A DNA stretch of 64,000 nucleotides, from assembly GCA_964612595.1 (NCBI GenBank), contig CAZTFB010000002.1, positions 70,663-134,662 on the forward strand. The letters run 5' to 3'. Shown here piece after piece: positions 18,376-28,123 of the stretch (positions are counted from its first letter, which is position 1; the number at the start of each line of letters is the position of its first letter). The notes beneath the pieces were generated by a model, which worked only from the letters and a program-made list of their open reading frames with translations, searched no databases and was not told the DNA's origin. The position numbers were made by a program, and so were the translations under genes. The stretch is from an uncultured Gammaproteobacteria bacterium. GTDB taxonomy: Bacteria > Patescibacteriota > Microgenomatia > UBA1406 > HO2-37-13b.

Positions 18376-18573
18376 CTAATTTTTTGCCTTATTTTTTCGA
18401 TCCTTCCAACTACGATACTCTTTGGCGATTATGGCGTTTGAGGTCATGTCGATTGCAGATGCCATTGCAAGGGTTGAGGAGGCTGTTATGATGGCGAAGC
18501 CAAGGAGTCCAACAGAAAGAATGTTGGAAAATTTAAGGTATTTTTCGACAAGTGTGGAGTCTTTTTCAGCCAT
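18376..18573 (-). CDS. small membrane protein, unknown function
   Basis: 65 aa with one central hydrophobic helix and a lysine-rich tail. Confidence 0.35.
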   Translation of the reverse strand: MAEKDSTLVEKYLKFSNILSVGLLGFAIITASSTLAMASAIDMTSNAIIAKEYRSWKDRKNKAKN

Positions 18574-18580
18574 ATCTTTT

Positions 18581-18611
18581 CAGGTACGCACCCTAAAAGG
18601 GTGCGTACCTG
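18581..18611. promoter_or_regulatory. perfect 13-bp inverted repeat between divergent genes
   Basis: CAGGTACGCACCC-TAAAA-GGGTGCGTACCTG lies between starts at 18573 (minus) and 18612/18627 (plus). The position argues for an operator or 5' structure rather than a terminator. Confidence 0.5.
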
Positions 18612-19994
18612 TTGTATTATAAAGGAATGACGCCTAAGCGCTTAATTGTACTCGTCTTTTTATTGATTATTACGCTCGCCTTTTACTTTAAATCGATGCT
18701 GTACATTGATCCTGACCTAGGATGGCAGCTAAAAACAGGTGAAATAATTCTTTCAAAGGGTTTTCCGCGTACAGATCCTTTCTCATATACTATGTCTCAT
18801 TTTGCGTTTGTTCCGCATTCGTGGCTGACGGATGTTGTTTTCCACCATGTGTTCCAGCTCGCTGGACTATCGGGACTCGCATTTGTTACTAGCATTGCTC
18901 TCACAATCACTGTAGTAGTTATTTGCGGGGTTATATGGCAAACATGGATGTTTGTACCCGCTCTGTTGGTTGCTGTGCATTTAATGCCATATGCAGGGAT
19001 GCGCCCACAAACGTTTAGCTGGCTTTTTTTTGCGCTTCTGCTTCGAGTGCTCGTTGATAAAAAAGCCGAACATGTCTATGGGCGCTATTTACCCATATTG
19101 CTTTTTGTGTGGGCTCAGCTTCATGGTGGGTTTTTAATTGGCATAGTGCTATTAGCCATCTGGGCGTTTTTTGACCTCAAAAAGCGCGCCTTAATAGTAT
19201 TGTTCGCCACAGTCGCAACACTTGTGAATCCCTATGGGATCGCGCTGTGGCGCGAAGCACTAATGACATTTTTCTCGCTATCCACGCGGGCAAGCGTCAA
19301 TGAGTGGTCGCCAACGCTTGCGCGCCTTGATCTACGTCTTGGGCTTGTTATGCTCTTGCCCACATTCCTTATCGTTCGCTACCCTCGCGCATACTCGCCA
19401 TTCTTTAAACTTACATATGTCATACTCTTTCTCACCATGCTTTCTTCAAGCAAACTATTTCCGTTTTGGCTTATCATGGCAGGCTATACAATGATCATAG
19501 GCTTAACTACTCTTGAAAAAAGTACTGTGCAGATCAAAGGTGCAGCTAAACGCCTCAATACACTTCTATATGTTCTTTTTCTTCTTATTGCAATTAATGC
19601 AGCCGTTCTCATCATATCAACGTTTAAAACCTACAAAACTCTGGATGAAGATGTGTATTACCCGAAAAATGCTGTAATTTTCCTAAAAACACATCCGCCC
19701 CAAGGTAATATATTTGCCCCCTTCGGCTGGGGCGGTTACCTCATATGGAAACTCCCAGAAAAGAAGGTCTTTATCAGTGGACATATGCCACATTGGGAGC
19801 ATATTCTTGAAGATTATATTAAGATAATCAAGCTGGAAAGCCCTTTTGAGAAAATCACCACATCCTATAATATCTCAACGGTGCTTGTTCAAAAAAATAA
19901 AACAAACTTTGCTGCATTGACTACTTATCTTAAGAAAAATGGCTGGAAAACGATTTATGAAGGTGGCGTATCGGAGATATTAATAAGACCGTAA
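18612..19994 (+). CDS. polytopic membrane protein (possible O-antigen-ligase/GT-C-like)
   Basis: 460 aa with more than 10 hydrophobic helices and a soluble C-terminal domain. Start uncertain (TTG 18612 or ATG 18627). Confidence 0.45.
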   Translation: MYYKGMTPKRLIVLVFLLIITLAFYFKSMLYIDPDLGWQLKTGEIILSKGFPRTDPFSYTMSHFAFVPHSWLTDVVFHHVFQLAGLSGLAFVTSIALTITVVVICGVIWQTWMFVPALLVAVHLMPYAGMRPQTFSWLFFALLLRVLVDKKAEHVYGRYLPILLFVWAQLHGGFLIGIVLLAIWAFFDLKKRALIVLFATVATLVNPYGIALWREALMTFFSLSTRASVNEWSPTLARLDLRLGLVMLLPTFLIVRYPRAYSPFFKLTYVILFLTMLSSSKLFPFWLIMAGYTMIIGLTTLEKSTVQIKGAAKRLNTLLYVLFLLIAINAAVLIISTFKTYKTLDEDVYYPKNAVIFLKTHPPQGNIFAPFGWGGYLIWKLPEKKVFISGHMPHWEHILEDYIKIIKLESPFEKITTSYNISTVLVQKNKTNFAALTTYLKKNGWKTIYEGGVSEILIRP

Positions 19995-20018
19995 CCTGGC
20001 ACAGGTTACGGTCTTATT
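19982..20018. terminator. bidirectional stem-loop terminator (17-bp perfect stem)
   Basis: AATAAGACCGTAACCTG-GCA-CAGGTTACGGTCTTATT followed by TT. Contains the stop codon of the upstream gene. Its left arm resembles the elements at 10326 and 45578. Confidence 0.75.
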
Positions 20019-20157
20019 TATATATGACTTTCACGCCTCTGTCGCTAGGAACGGGAGAAATGAGCTTGTTTCGTTGAGATAAATACGAATAGATAATTAA
20101 CAAAAAAAGGGCTAGGCCGGCGAAGATCAGTGTATATCCAACTACTTTTTTAACCAT
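20014..20157 (-). CDS. 47-aa small membrane protein (below ORF-track cutoff)
   Basis: Hand translation MVKKVVGYTLIFAGLALFLLIIYSYLSQRNKLISPVPSDRGVKVIYK*. AAAGG lies 3 nt before the ATG. Directly downstream of the GT2 gene. Confidence 0.35.
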   Translation of the reverse strand: MVKKVVGYTLIFAGLALFLLIIYSYLSQRNKLISPVPSDRGVKVIYK

Positions 20158-20169
20158 AAGCCTTTGCTG

Positions 20170-21105
20170 TTATTCAAGATTAATCTTGTCTTTTATCAAG
20201 AATTGCGGCCTGTTCTGAAGCTCAGTATATATGCGTGCAATGTATTCACCGATAATGCCAATCGTTAAAAGCTGCACTCCTCCGAAAAACATAATAGCGA
20301 CAAAAATCGTCGTCCACCCAGTAACCCAATACTCATGGGGAAGAAATAGACGACGCGAAATCGCATACGCAATACCCATCAACCCAAAAACCGCACACAA
20401 AAACCCAATGTAGGTCGCAAATCTCAGTGGTTTTGAGGAAAACGACACGATGCCATTCAAGGCGAAACCCATCATTTTCTTCAGTGGATAATGTGTTTCG
20501 CCATTCATACGCTCTTTTCTCTCAAAGGTCACATATGCCGATGGAAACCCTCCCCATGCTACTAGACCTCGTAAAAAACGAGCGTGTTCGGGCAAATCAT
20601 TCAACATAACGACAACTTCGCGATCTATCAATCTGTAATCACCAACGTTATGGGGAATCTCTGTGTCAGAAAGTATATTGATTAGCCGATAAAAAAGGTC
20701 AGCAGTTATAGTTTTGAAAAATGCCTCATGTCGGGCAGTTCTTTTCGCATATACAACCTTATACCCTTCGTGCCATTTTAAGACCATTTCGTCAATAAGT
20801 TCTGGAGGGTCCTGAAGGTCCGCATCAATACTTACGACAGCATCGCCTTGGGCATACAAATAACCACACGTAAGTGCCGTCTGATGGCTAAAATTACGCA
20901 CAAACGAAACAAGTTTTATGCGTTTATTGCTACCGGTAAACTCCTTTATATCTTTAACCGTATCGTCCTTTGATCCGTCATCGACAAATATAATCTCATA
21001 CGAATACTTCTCAACAACAGGAAGCAATCGATCAAGAAGCGTCCTTATATTGCCTTCCTCGTTATAGACGGGGACAATAACAGATAAGAGAAAATCTTTT
21101 TTCAT
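20170..21105 (-). CDS. polyprenol-phosphate glycosyltransferase (GT2, GtrB/ArnC-like)
   Basis: SVIVPVYNEEGNI ... VDDGSKDDT ... IDADLQDPPE motifs plus two C-terminal TM helices. Confidence 0.8.
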   Translation of the reverse strand: MKKDFLLSVIVPVYNEEGNIRTLLDRLLPVVEKYSYEIIFVDDGSKDDTVKDIKEFTGSNKRIKLVSFVRNFSHQTALTCGYLYAQGDAVVSIDADLQDPPELIDEMVLKWHEGYKVVYAKRTARHEAFFKTITADLFYRLINILSDTEIPHNVGDYRLIDREVVVMLNDLPEHARFLRGLVAWGGFPSAYVTFERKERMNGETHYPLKKMMGFALNGIVSFSSKPLRFATYIGFLCAVFGLMGIAYAISRRLFLPHEYWVTGWTTIFVAIMFFGGVQLLTIGIIGEYIARIYTELQNRPQFLIKDKINLE

Positions 21106-21131
21106 ACTATCTACTCATTATACACGACAAT

Positions 21132-21509
21132 TTACGGCTCAAATTCGGGGATTCTGAAGTTAAACAGTGATGGACCATCTGGTCCGATGAAGAGTGTCTG
21201 GATAACATTGAGTATTAAATATGAGCTCATAAATAAGAAGAGTCCTAGAAATGCATACGTAATTGTTTTTTTTGCAGCACCTAATTTTTCCTGGTCTCCA
21301 GCCGAAGTTAAATATTTAAAAGCTCCAATTACGAGCATGACGAAGAGTATGAGAATTGCAAAAGCACCAGCGAGGAAAATAAGGTTTTGAAAAAGAACCT
21401 CGAGACATTTCAGAGTAGGCACTCCATCAACAACGCAGCCAGAATCAGCAATATTGCGAACTTGTGCGTATGCAGCTATTGAAAACATCATGCGGAGGCT
21501 TACTGACAC
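21132..21509 (-). CDS. pilin-like protein (VirB2/TrbC-like topology)
   Basis: 125 aa: signal-like N-terminus, then TM helix, short charged loop (KYLTSAGDQEKLGAAKK), TM helix. Confidence 0.45.
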   Translation of the reverse strand: MSVSLRMMFSIAAYAQVRNIADSGCVVDGVPTLKCLEVLFQNLIFLAGAFAILILFVMLVIGAFKYLTSAGDQEKLGAAKKTITYAFLGLFLFMSSYLILNVIQTLFIGPDGPSLFNFRIPEFEP

Positions 21510-21961
21510 CTTCTAACAGGACTTGTCGGATCATCAACACACTCTAAGAGATCAGGTAGTGTGACGGGACAAGAGATACCGAAACAGATGGATTTCTTAA
21601 ATACGATATTCTCGAGACTCCAAATAACAGCAAGCGTTGCAACGATTACGAGCATACCTATGATTGCTGAGGTTATTTTGCCTCTAGCCTTTTCGACAGC
21701 TTCAGACTCACCACCAGAGATGACCCATGAAAAGGCCCCCCAAAGCATATAGAACAACGCTGCAAGACCTGCCATGACAAAAAAGAATCGGATCATGAAT
21801 GAAAGTAGCTCTGAAAAGTTGGGAATTTTGAACCCAATATCGACTTCATTAACTTGAACTTCAGCAGGGTCGGGTGCGGCCAAAACCTTAGCAGCAGCCG
21901 TCATGAACAAAAAGGTGTTTGCTGAAGCAAGAACAATATTTTTTTTGAGCGAAGAGTACAT
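21500..21961 (-). CDS. pilin-like protein (VirB2/TrbC-like topology)
   Basis: Start moved to MYSSLKKNIV (21961). Signal peptide, then TM, GGESEAVEKARGK loop, TM. Confidence 0.45.
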   Translation of the reverse strand: MYSSLKKNIVLASANTFLFMTAAAKVLAAPDPAEVQVNEVDIGFKIPNFSELLSFMIRFFFVMAGLAALFYMLWGAFSWVISGGESEAVEKARGKITSAIIGMLVIVATLAVIWSLENIVFKKSICFGISCPVTLPDLLECVDDPTSPVRRCQ

Positions 21962-22028
21962 ATCCTCAAAGTATAGATAACTATTTAAGAGTTTGTCAAG
22001 GATAAAAAAATATGGTATACTACAGGAT

Positions 22029-22409
22029 ATGGGAGAAGCACGAAATGTCATAATAACGTTCTTGGTTTTACTGTTTGTCATCATTGGTTTGGGTGTTGTT
22101 TTTTCACGCATGTCCAAAGACAAAACAGACAAGCCTATTTTGGGTGGTGTTTTAGATAATATCTTTTTTTCAAAATCTCTTAAAACTACCCCTACGCCAA
22201 AGCCTGCCGGAATGGCTGATAAGGATGTTGGTTCAACACCAAACTCTAATACCATTACGATACGAAGTGGAAGCGCAACCCCAACTCCTGCAGTTTATAC
22301 TGGTGGAAATCCAACAACAATTCCCGCTACTGGTACTCCTACCGCGGTACTCGTATTCTCAGGCTTGGGCTTGAGCGCAGGATACTTTATGAAGCGATTT
22401 TCTCGCTAA
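22029..22409 (+). CDS. surface protein with sortase-type C-terminal sorting signal
   Basis: Start MGEARNV 7 nt after a TATACT -10 box. The C-terminus IPATG, hydrophobic stretch, KRFSR matches LPXTG-type sorting-signal architecture. Confidence 0.45.
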   Translation: MGEARNVIITFLVLLFVIIGLGVVFSRMSKDKTDKPILGGVLDNIFFSKSLKTTPTPKPAGMADKDVGSTPNSNTITIRSGSATPTPAVYTGGNPTTIPATGTPTAVLVFSGLGLSAGYFMKRFSR

Positions 22410-22415
22410 CTTTTG

Positions 22416-22440
22416 GACACGGTCCTCTCTTAGCCCGCGC
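22416..22440 (-). repeat. GC-rich box element (GCGCGGGCTAAGAGAGGACCGTGTC)
   Basis: Parallels GCGGGCTAGAAAGGGGTCGTGTC at 25851-25873. Lies in tandem with the 28-nt element at 22450. Confidence 0.5.
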
Positions 22441-22449
22441 TAACTCATT

Positions 22450-22477
22450 GACACGATCTTTTTAAGCCACGGGCTTA
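22450..22477 (-). repeat. 28-nt intergenic element, copy 2 (TAAGCCCGTGGCTTAAAAAGATCGTGTC)
   Basis: 27/28 identical to 7488-7515. Starts with the TAA stop of the 215-aa pilin-like gene. Confidence 0.8.
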
Positions 22478-23122
22478 CTGTATGCCAGGTAGGCCGAGGC
22501 TTCGAGAGATGAACTGGATGATGAATACAGAGAACAGTGCGAATAACAAACCTACGATTGAGCCTATTAATATCCTTCTCCCTTGATTGAGTCTTCCCGC
22601 ATCTGAGCGCGATGTTGCAATAACCGCAGTACCATAGATAAAGCTTAAGAATGCAATACCGCCGATAATGGAGAAGAAAAAGCTCGACATTTGGGCTGTA
22701 AATTCTCCCGGTTGTGTCGATAGACAACCAAACCCGGTATAGTAATGGTTTGGGTCTGGTGTTGGGATAAGTCCCGCTTCGTTTGTCAGTGTTCCCAGAG
22801 CAGTTGGATCTACATCTGCACCCTCTATACCAACAACTTCTGGATATAAACAGCGCACACATGCTTGCCAACTTCCTGGAACCTTCGTGACGCCCTGACA
22901 ATACCCACATAAATCACAGTTAGCAATGCTCTTATGTGGCTCGTCTGTGGGAAGGGGCGCTCCTAGCCCTGGGGTCGGTGTTGCCGCTGTTGAAAAAGGA
23001 GTTGGGGTTGCGGGCACAGCAGTTGGGGGTATTCCTTGCGCAAAAGCAGAGGATATCAAGCCGAGATGTGAGGTACAGATGACAAAGAAATAGATACTAA
23101 TGATGACTTTGCGCAGACTCAT
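22475..23122 (-). CDS. Cys-rich pilin-like protein (VirB2/TrbC-like C-terminal topology)
   Basis: 215 aa: signal peptide, Pro/Thr-rich linker, a CDLCGYCQ...CVRC cysteine cluster, and a C-terminal TM, charged loop, TM module. Confidence 0.45.
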   Translation of the reverse strand: MSLRKVIISIYFFVICTSHLGLISSAFAQGIPPTAVPATPTPFSTAATPTPGLGAPLPTDEPHKSIANCDLCGYCQGVTKVPGSWQACVRCLYPEVVGIEGADVDPTALGTLTNEAGLIPTPDPNHYYTGFGCLSTQPGEFTAQMSSFFFSIIGGIAFLSFIYGTAVIATSRSDAGRLNQGRRILIGSIVGLLFALFSVFIIQFISRSLGLPGIQ

Positions 23123-23138
23123 ATACTTGCAGTATATC

Positions 23139-24824
23139 TTATTTTTTCTCTACATTGTAAAGTGGGCCAACGATTTGAATGTTTGCTGGAGCACGTAGAT
23201 TAAACCAGTCTTTAAATTCACTCGCACTAAAACTTGTCCCACCAACATTAATTGAAGTCGTTTTTCCAGAGCCAAAATCTACTGATACCGACGTGTTCAA
23301 GCCATCACCAACAGGGCTGCCCCCACGAGCACGTAGTTCAGAGATTACTTTATTTGCATCCCATGTTTCCTTTCCAGCTGGATTTGGCTTATCTACCTGA
23401 TATAGGTGCTCTTTGTCGACATCACTATAACGTGCAAGCAGAATAACATTAGCTATATCGGCAACTTCTTCACCTTTCATCCATGCTGTTCCTCCGTACT
23501 GACTTCGTGATCCCCAGTTACAATAAAACCACGGTGAAGCTTTATCATACGCACGCTCATTAAGTTCAGAAAAACTCGTGGGAGTTCCGCCTGCACCATC
23601 AAACTTTCCAAGATTCAAAATATAACCACCATGCGTTGAGGCATACTGGGTAAACCCTGGGTTTCCGCCATCCATAAGTACCCAACCTTTTGTAGCTTCG
23701 ACAGCGACATCCCAGTTGCCCCCTTTTGGCTCAGGTCTAAATACCTGACATGCTTCGGTTGTGCAGATGCGACCATTGCGCTGCATGGAATTAAGCGCGT
23801 ATGTGCGTGCTGCAACAGCCTGCGCTTTCAGAGCGGCCATACCCCCATCATCACCCCATGAATTAGGTACTTCCCAGATGCGCTTAACATAGTCTTCAAT
23901 AGTGAAGGTGCCATGACCATCGACGTTAACGGTTGCGCCCTGATCATAATCCTTCTTTAGAGCGAATTGCGGATAATATTCGGATAATATTTGATCCTCA
24001 TTCTGGCCTGCTTTGGCCCTTGCATAAGCCCCATACTGATTCAGTCCGTTCCTGTGAGGAGCGCCGTAGGTAAAGAAACCGATTGCTGGTGAAAATCCTG
24101 GATTTTTTCCATTCGTCAAATCGCTTGAACATCTCCCCCCACCTGAGGAGCCAGCAGAGCGCGGAATACCAAGACTTGCAAGTTTTTGATTAATAAGCGA
24201 CTGTTGCTTCGCGCTAAGCTGTGCAATCTTTCCTGTAAGTTCCGATTGATACTTTTTGGCTTTGCCAACCTCTTCAGAAAGAAAGGTTGATTGTTTATCG
24301 ACTTCTTTCTTAGCATCGCTTAGGCGACTTTTCTCGCTTGTTAATTTTTCTTTAAGATCATCAATATTTTTTATATAAAGTACTGTGCGAAGAATTGCCT
24401 CTTTATCATTGTCTGCAGCCTTTTTCTGGTAGAAATAGAGTTGCAGGGAGGTGGATAAGTTCTCTGCGACAATAAGCTGCAGTACAGATCCTTCAGCTTT
24501 TTTAATGTTTTTATAATGTGCATTGATACGCAGATCTATAACTTCTTTCTGTCTTACCAAAACCTTTTCGGCTTTGGCAATTTGGAGCTCTTTTTGGGAA
24601 ATGTCTTTTTCAATCGAAGTAAGCCTCCCTTTTATCGCGGCGAGCTGTGTGCGTATACGGTTAAGATCTGATTCAAGGGGTTTTGTCGCATTCAGTGAGG
24701 CGTTAAGATCTTTTTGGAGCTTTGCAAGCTCGTTATTTACATCGTCAAGTTCGTCGGCACGAACAGGATATATGAAGTTCACACACAGAAAAAATAACGA
24801 TAGAATGATTGCAATTTTTTTCAT
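23139..24824 (-). CDS. secreted coiled-coil protein with SpoIID/LytB-type peptidoglycan hydrolase domain
   Basis: Signal peptide and about 200 aa of coiled coil. The AALKAQAVAARTYAL motif is characteristic of SpoIID domains. Confidence 0.65.
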   Translation of the reverse strand: MKKIAIILSLFFLCVNFIYPVRADELDDVNNELAKLQKDLNASLNATKPLESDLNRIRTQLAAIKGRLTSIEKDISQKELQIAKAEKVLVRQKEVIDLRINAHYKNIKKAEGSVLQLIVAENLSTSLQLYFYQKKAADNDKEAILRTVLYIKNIDDLKEKLTSEKSRLSDAKKEVDKQSTFLSEEVGKAKKYQSELTGKIAQLSAKQQSLINQKLASLGIPRSAGSSGGGRCSSDLTNGKNPGFSPAIGFFTYGAPHRNGLNQYGAYARAKAGQNEDQILSEYYPQFALKKDYDQGATVNVDGHGTFTIEDYVKRIWEVPNSWGDDGGMAALKAQAVAARTYALNSMQRNGRICTTEACQVFRPEPKGGNWDVAVEATKGWVLMDGGNPGFTQYASTHGGYILNLGKFDGAGGTPTSFSELNERAYDKASPWFYCNWGSRSQYGGTAWMKGEEVADIANVILLARYSDVDKEHLYQVDKPNPAGKETWDANKVISELRARGGSPVGDGLNTSVSVDFGSGKTTSINVGGTSFSASEFKDWFNLRAPANIQIVGPLYNVEKK

Positions 24825-24833
24825 CTGATTTCA

Positions 24834-25814
24834 TTATACCTTGACGCTACTCTTTTCGAAAATCGTACGAATAATATCCTCAATTTTTTCTTCCTCGACC
24901 GTTATGTCGATAAAGGGAATGTTTTTTGAGACCGCCGCAACAAGCTCTGAGACATTTTTCCTTTGCACACGGAATCGTATTTTTGGATACTCAATCGATT
25001 CGATATGGCCAACTTTCTCTAGCGTTGCGGTATTTGGCATATCGTCGACAACAATCTCAACGGTTTTTGTTCGTGCATATTTTTGAATCAGTTTTTCGAT
25101 ATCGCCATCGTATAATAGTGCGCCGTGGTCGATAATAATTACTCTTTTAGCAAGCCGGCGCACATCTTCCATATAGTGACTTGTGAGAAGGATTGTGGCT
25201 TTGTAAAAGCTTTGATATTGCTCAATAAAATCGCGAATGTTCTTTTGTGCAACGACATCAAGACCAATGGTCGGCTCATCTAAGAAAAGGACTTTTGGCT
25301 TGTGAATCAGTGTTGAAATGAGTTCAGCTTTCATTCTTTGGCCAAGGGACAGCGTTTTCACCGGCTGATCAATCACATCATGTGCATCGAGCATCTCAAC
25401 AAGCTCACCAAGGGTTTTTTTGTATTCTCTCTCGGGAATTTCATAAATTGTTTGGTTAAGTTTAAAAGTATCGGTCGCTGGAAGCTCCCAAAGCATCTGG
25501 TTTTTCTGACCCAAGATAAAGGAGATGTTGCGTAGGTATTCATGTTGTTTATCGAAGGGCGTATAACCGAGTACGCTGACCGAGCCGCTCGTAGGATATA
25601 AAATACCGGTCAGCATTTTCATAGTTGTTGTTTTTCCAGCGCCGTTTGGACCGACAAAACCAACCAATTCCCCCTGCTCAATCTCAAAGCTTATATCTTT
25701 GACTGCTTCGATTTCTTTATAGGTTCGGGCGAAGATGTTGCGGAGAGCCCCATCAAAACCGTCCTGCTTTATGGGTGTGCGGTATGTTTTGCGAAGATGT
25801 GAAACCGAAATCAT
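24834..25814 (-). CDS. ABC transporter ATP-binding protein
   Basis: Walker A GPNGAGKTT, signature LSLGQRMK, Walker B VLFLDEPT. Confidence 0.85.
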   Translation of the reverse strand: MISVSHLRKTYRTPIKQDGFDGALRNIFARTYKEIEAVKDISFEIEQGELVGFVGPNGAGKTTTMKMLTGILYPTSGSVSVLGYTPFDKQHEYLRNISFILGQKNQMLWELPATDTFKLNQTIYEIPEREYKKTLGELVEMLDAHDVIDQPVKTLSLGQRMKAELISTLIHKPKVLFLDEPTIGLDVVAQKNIRDFIEQYQSFYKATILLTSHYMEDVRRLAKRVIIIDHGALLYDGDIEKLIQKYARTKTVEIVVDDMPNTATLEKVGHIESIEYPKIRFRVQRKNVSELVAAVSKNIPFIDITVEEEKIEDIIRTIFEKSSVKV

Positions 25815-25829
25815 ATGGTGATTATATCA
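25815..25829 (-). promoter_or_regulatory. extended -10 promoter TGATATAAT 6 nt before ATG (leaderless-type)
   Basis: The minus strand reads TGATATAAT-CACCAT-ATG. Confidence 0.5.
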
Positions 25830-25876
25830 AGCCCGCGGCGCAATCGGGGTGCGGGCTAGAAAGGGGTCGTGTCTAT
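25829..25876 (+). repeat. 48-nt hairpin element, copy A
   Basis: AAGCCCGCGGCGCAATCGGGGTGCGGGCTAGAAAGGGGTCGTGTCTAT is 44/48 identical to the reverse complement of 31276-31323, with a compensatory C-G to A-T change in the 7-bp stem. Confidence 0.8.
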
Positions 25877-25931
25877 TAGCAGACACACTTGCCTCTTGCT
25901 AATCTATAATTATTGGTATAAAATATTCTGT

Positions 25932-28043
25932 ATGAAAGGCACCTACGTTCCACCGGAAGAGGGACAAGGCAATCCGATCGAACAATTTACGGTCAATCTG
26001 ACTGCCTTAGCAAAGAAAAACAAACTCGACCCTGTTGTGGGTCGAGATAATGAGGTGCGACGCTTAATACAAATATTATCGCGTCGCACGAAAAACAACC
26101 CTGTGTTGCTTGGTGACCCTGGTGTGGGAAAAACCGCCATTATTGAAGGCCTCGCCCAACGCATTGTCGCTGGCGATATCCCCAACACACTCAAGCATAA
26201 AGAACTTCTATCAATAGACCTAACAGGGCTCGTCGCAGGCGCAGCTTTTCGCGGTGAATTTGAACAGCGACTAAAAGGTCTTCTAACCGAGCTCGAAAAA
26301 GCAGAAGGAAAATACATTATTTTTATCGACGAGCTCCACACAATCGTAGGCGCTGGATCTGCCCAAGGCTCCGCAGACGCCGGCAACATTCTAAAACCCG
26401 CGCTCGCCCGCGGAACCCTACACGCCATCGGTGCAACGACCATTCGTGAATACCGCCAATATATTGAAAAGGATCCAGCGCTTGAGCGCCGATTTCAACC
26501 TGTTATGGTTGATGAGCCCTCACCCGAAGATACGCTCACTATTCTCCGTGGCATTAAAGAAAAATATGAAACACATCACGGAATCAAAATTTCTGACGAT
26601 GCACTTATCGCTGCGGTCGACCTCTCCACACGCTATATTACCGACCGCTTTTTACCAGACAAAGCAATTGACCTCATCGATGAGGCAGCAGCAGGCTCCA
26701 GAATTGAAATAGATTCGATGCCGACCTCGCTTGATGAGATAAAGCGCAAGAAAGTTCAACTCGACATTGAACTTGCGGCGCTCAAAAAAGAACAAAATGT
26801 CGAGGAGCGCCGCGCAAAACTTGAGGCGGAGCGCACAGAGCTCGATGCAACATTCAAAGAACTTGAAACAAAATGGGAAGAAGAAAAACGCATTATCAGC
26901 GAGCTCCAAAGCTATCGCCTCCAGCTTGACCAGCTTAAATCTGAGCTCGAAATTGCAGAGCGCGATGCTGAACTCGAAAAAGCCGCTGAGCTCAAGTACA
27001 GCAAAATTCCAGCACTTGAAAAGAAAGTTTCTGAACTTGAAAAAGAATGGCAAAAAAAACCAGAAGCAGATCGCCTTCTCAAAGAACGTGTTACTGAAGA
27101 AGACATTGCACGCATCGTATCTCGCTGGACAAACATTCCAGCACAACGCCTTCTTTCTACCGAGTCAGAAAAACTAGCTAAACTTGAAGATGAGCTCAAA
27201 AATAGAGTCGTCGGCCAAGATCATGCCCTAACAAGACTTGCCCAAGCAATTCGACGATCCCGTGTTGGTCTGAGCGATGAAAATCGCCCCATAGGTTCAT
27301 TTCTATTCTTGGGCCCAACAGGTGTCGGAAAAACTGAAACAGCAAAAGCCCTTGCTGAAGCCCTATTTAATGATGAAAAAGCCCTTATTCGCATTGATAT
27401 GTCTGAATATCAAGAACCCCATACAATCGCGCGCCTCATCGGGGCCCCACCAGGCTATGTGGGATATGATGAAGGAGGCCAGCTAACTGAGGCCGTGAGG
27501 AGAAAACCATACTCTGTTATCCTCTTTGACGAAGTGGAAAAGGCACACCCACAGGTGTTCAATACGTTTTTGCAGATTCTTGATGATGGAAGACTCACTG
27601 ATGGAAAGGGCCGTACGGTTAACTTTAAAAATACAGTACTTATTTTAACCTCTAACTTGGGCTCACAATCGAAAAATATAATGGAAGAAGTCCGTCGCTT
27701 CTTTAAGCCTGAGTTCATAAATCGACTTGATGGGATTGTAGAATTTAATGCACTCGATGAGAAAATTATGAGTAGTATTATTGAGCTTCAGCTCAAAGAA
27801 ACAGAGGCGCGCCTCGCAAAAAACAGCCTGCAGGCAACCTTTACCGATGCGCTCAAAAAACATCTCCTCGCGGTCGGGTTTGACGATATGTACGGCGCCC
27901 GCCCGCTCAAGCGCATGATAAACGAGCTCATTCTTGATGAAATTGCACTGATGATTGTTGAAGGAAAGGTTCATGAAAAAGACAAGCTAACTGTTGATTT
28001 TAAGAATAATCGCGTTCACATTGAAAAAACTACTATAAACTAA
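25932..28043 (+). CDS. clpB: ATP-dependent chaperone ClpB (lacking the canonical N-terminal domain)
   Basis: Two AAA+ modules ([16 protein letters not shown]), a long coiled-coil middle domain, and the [13 protein letters not shown] motif only about 45 aa from the proposed ATG start. Confidence 0.9.
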   Translation: MKGTYVPPEEGQGNPIEQFTVNLTALAKKNKLDPVVGRDNEVRRLIQILSRRTKNNPVLLGDPGVGKTAIIEGLAQRIVAGDIPNTLKHKELLSIDLTGLVAGAAFRGEFEQRLKGLLTELEKAEGKYIIFIDELHTIVGAGSAQGSADAGNILKPALARGTLHAIGATTIREYRQYIEKDPALERRFQPVMVDEPSPEDTLTILRGIKEKYETHHGIKISDDALIAAVDLSTRYITDRFLPDKAIDLIDEAAAGSRIEIDSMPTSLDEIKRKKVQLDIELAALKKEQNVEERRAKLEAERTELDATFKELETKWEEEKRIISELQSYRLQLDQLKSELEIAERDAELEKAAELKYSKIPALEKKVSELEKEWQKKPEADRLLKERVTEEDIARIVSRWTNIPAQRLLSTESEKLAKLEDELKNRVVGQDHALTRLAQAIRRSRVGLSDENRPIGSFLFLGPTGVGKTETAKALAEALFNDEKALIRIDMSEYQEPHTIARLIGAPPGYVGYDEGGQLTEAVRRKPYSVILFDEVEKAHPQVFNTFLQILDDGRLTDGKGRTVNFKNTVLILTSNLGSQSKNIMEEVRRFFKPEFINRLDGIVEFNALDEKIMSSIIELQLKETEARLAKNSLQATFTDALKKHLLAVGFDDMYGARPLKRMINELILDEIALMIVEGKVHEKDKLTVDFKNNRVHIEKTTIN

Positions 28044-28054
28044 TCCTGCTGTGC

Positions 28055-28083
28055 TTGACTACGCTATTAATATAGCCTATAAT
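28055..28083 (+). promoter_or_regulatory. sigma70-type promoter TTGACT-N17-TATAAT for cassette ORF 2
   Basis: Begins 12 nt after the clpB stop. Followed by AAGGAGG and ATG 28124. Confidence 0.65.
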
Positions 28084-28123
28084 ATTACCTTCACCGACCC
28101 TGTTCTAGCCCAAGGAGGCAAGG

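Noticed and set aside
21962-22255. The N-terminal 98 residues of the 251-aa minus-strand ORF (21500-22255), which overlap the plus-strand sortase-signal gene.
   Set aside because: The pilin-like protein has a proper signal peptide starting at MYSSLKK (21961), with a promoter just upstream. The extension is antisense to a better-supported plus-strand gene.
22440-22910. The 156-aa ORF that overlaps the 215-aa pilin-like gene on the same strand in another frame.
   Set aside because: Its composition is Cys/Arg/Trp-rich and atypical, it has no start context, and it lies fully inside a gene with coherent signal peptide and TM architecture.
26652-27199. Long antisense and out-of-frame ORFs inside clpB (26652-27146 minus, 26767-27177 plus, 26912-27199 minus), and similarly inside rny (61884-62348 minus, 62042-62326 minus).
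   Set aside because: They lie within coiled-coil regions rich in GAA/AAA/GAG codons, which are open in several frames. The translations are low complexity, and the host genes are confidently identified.
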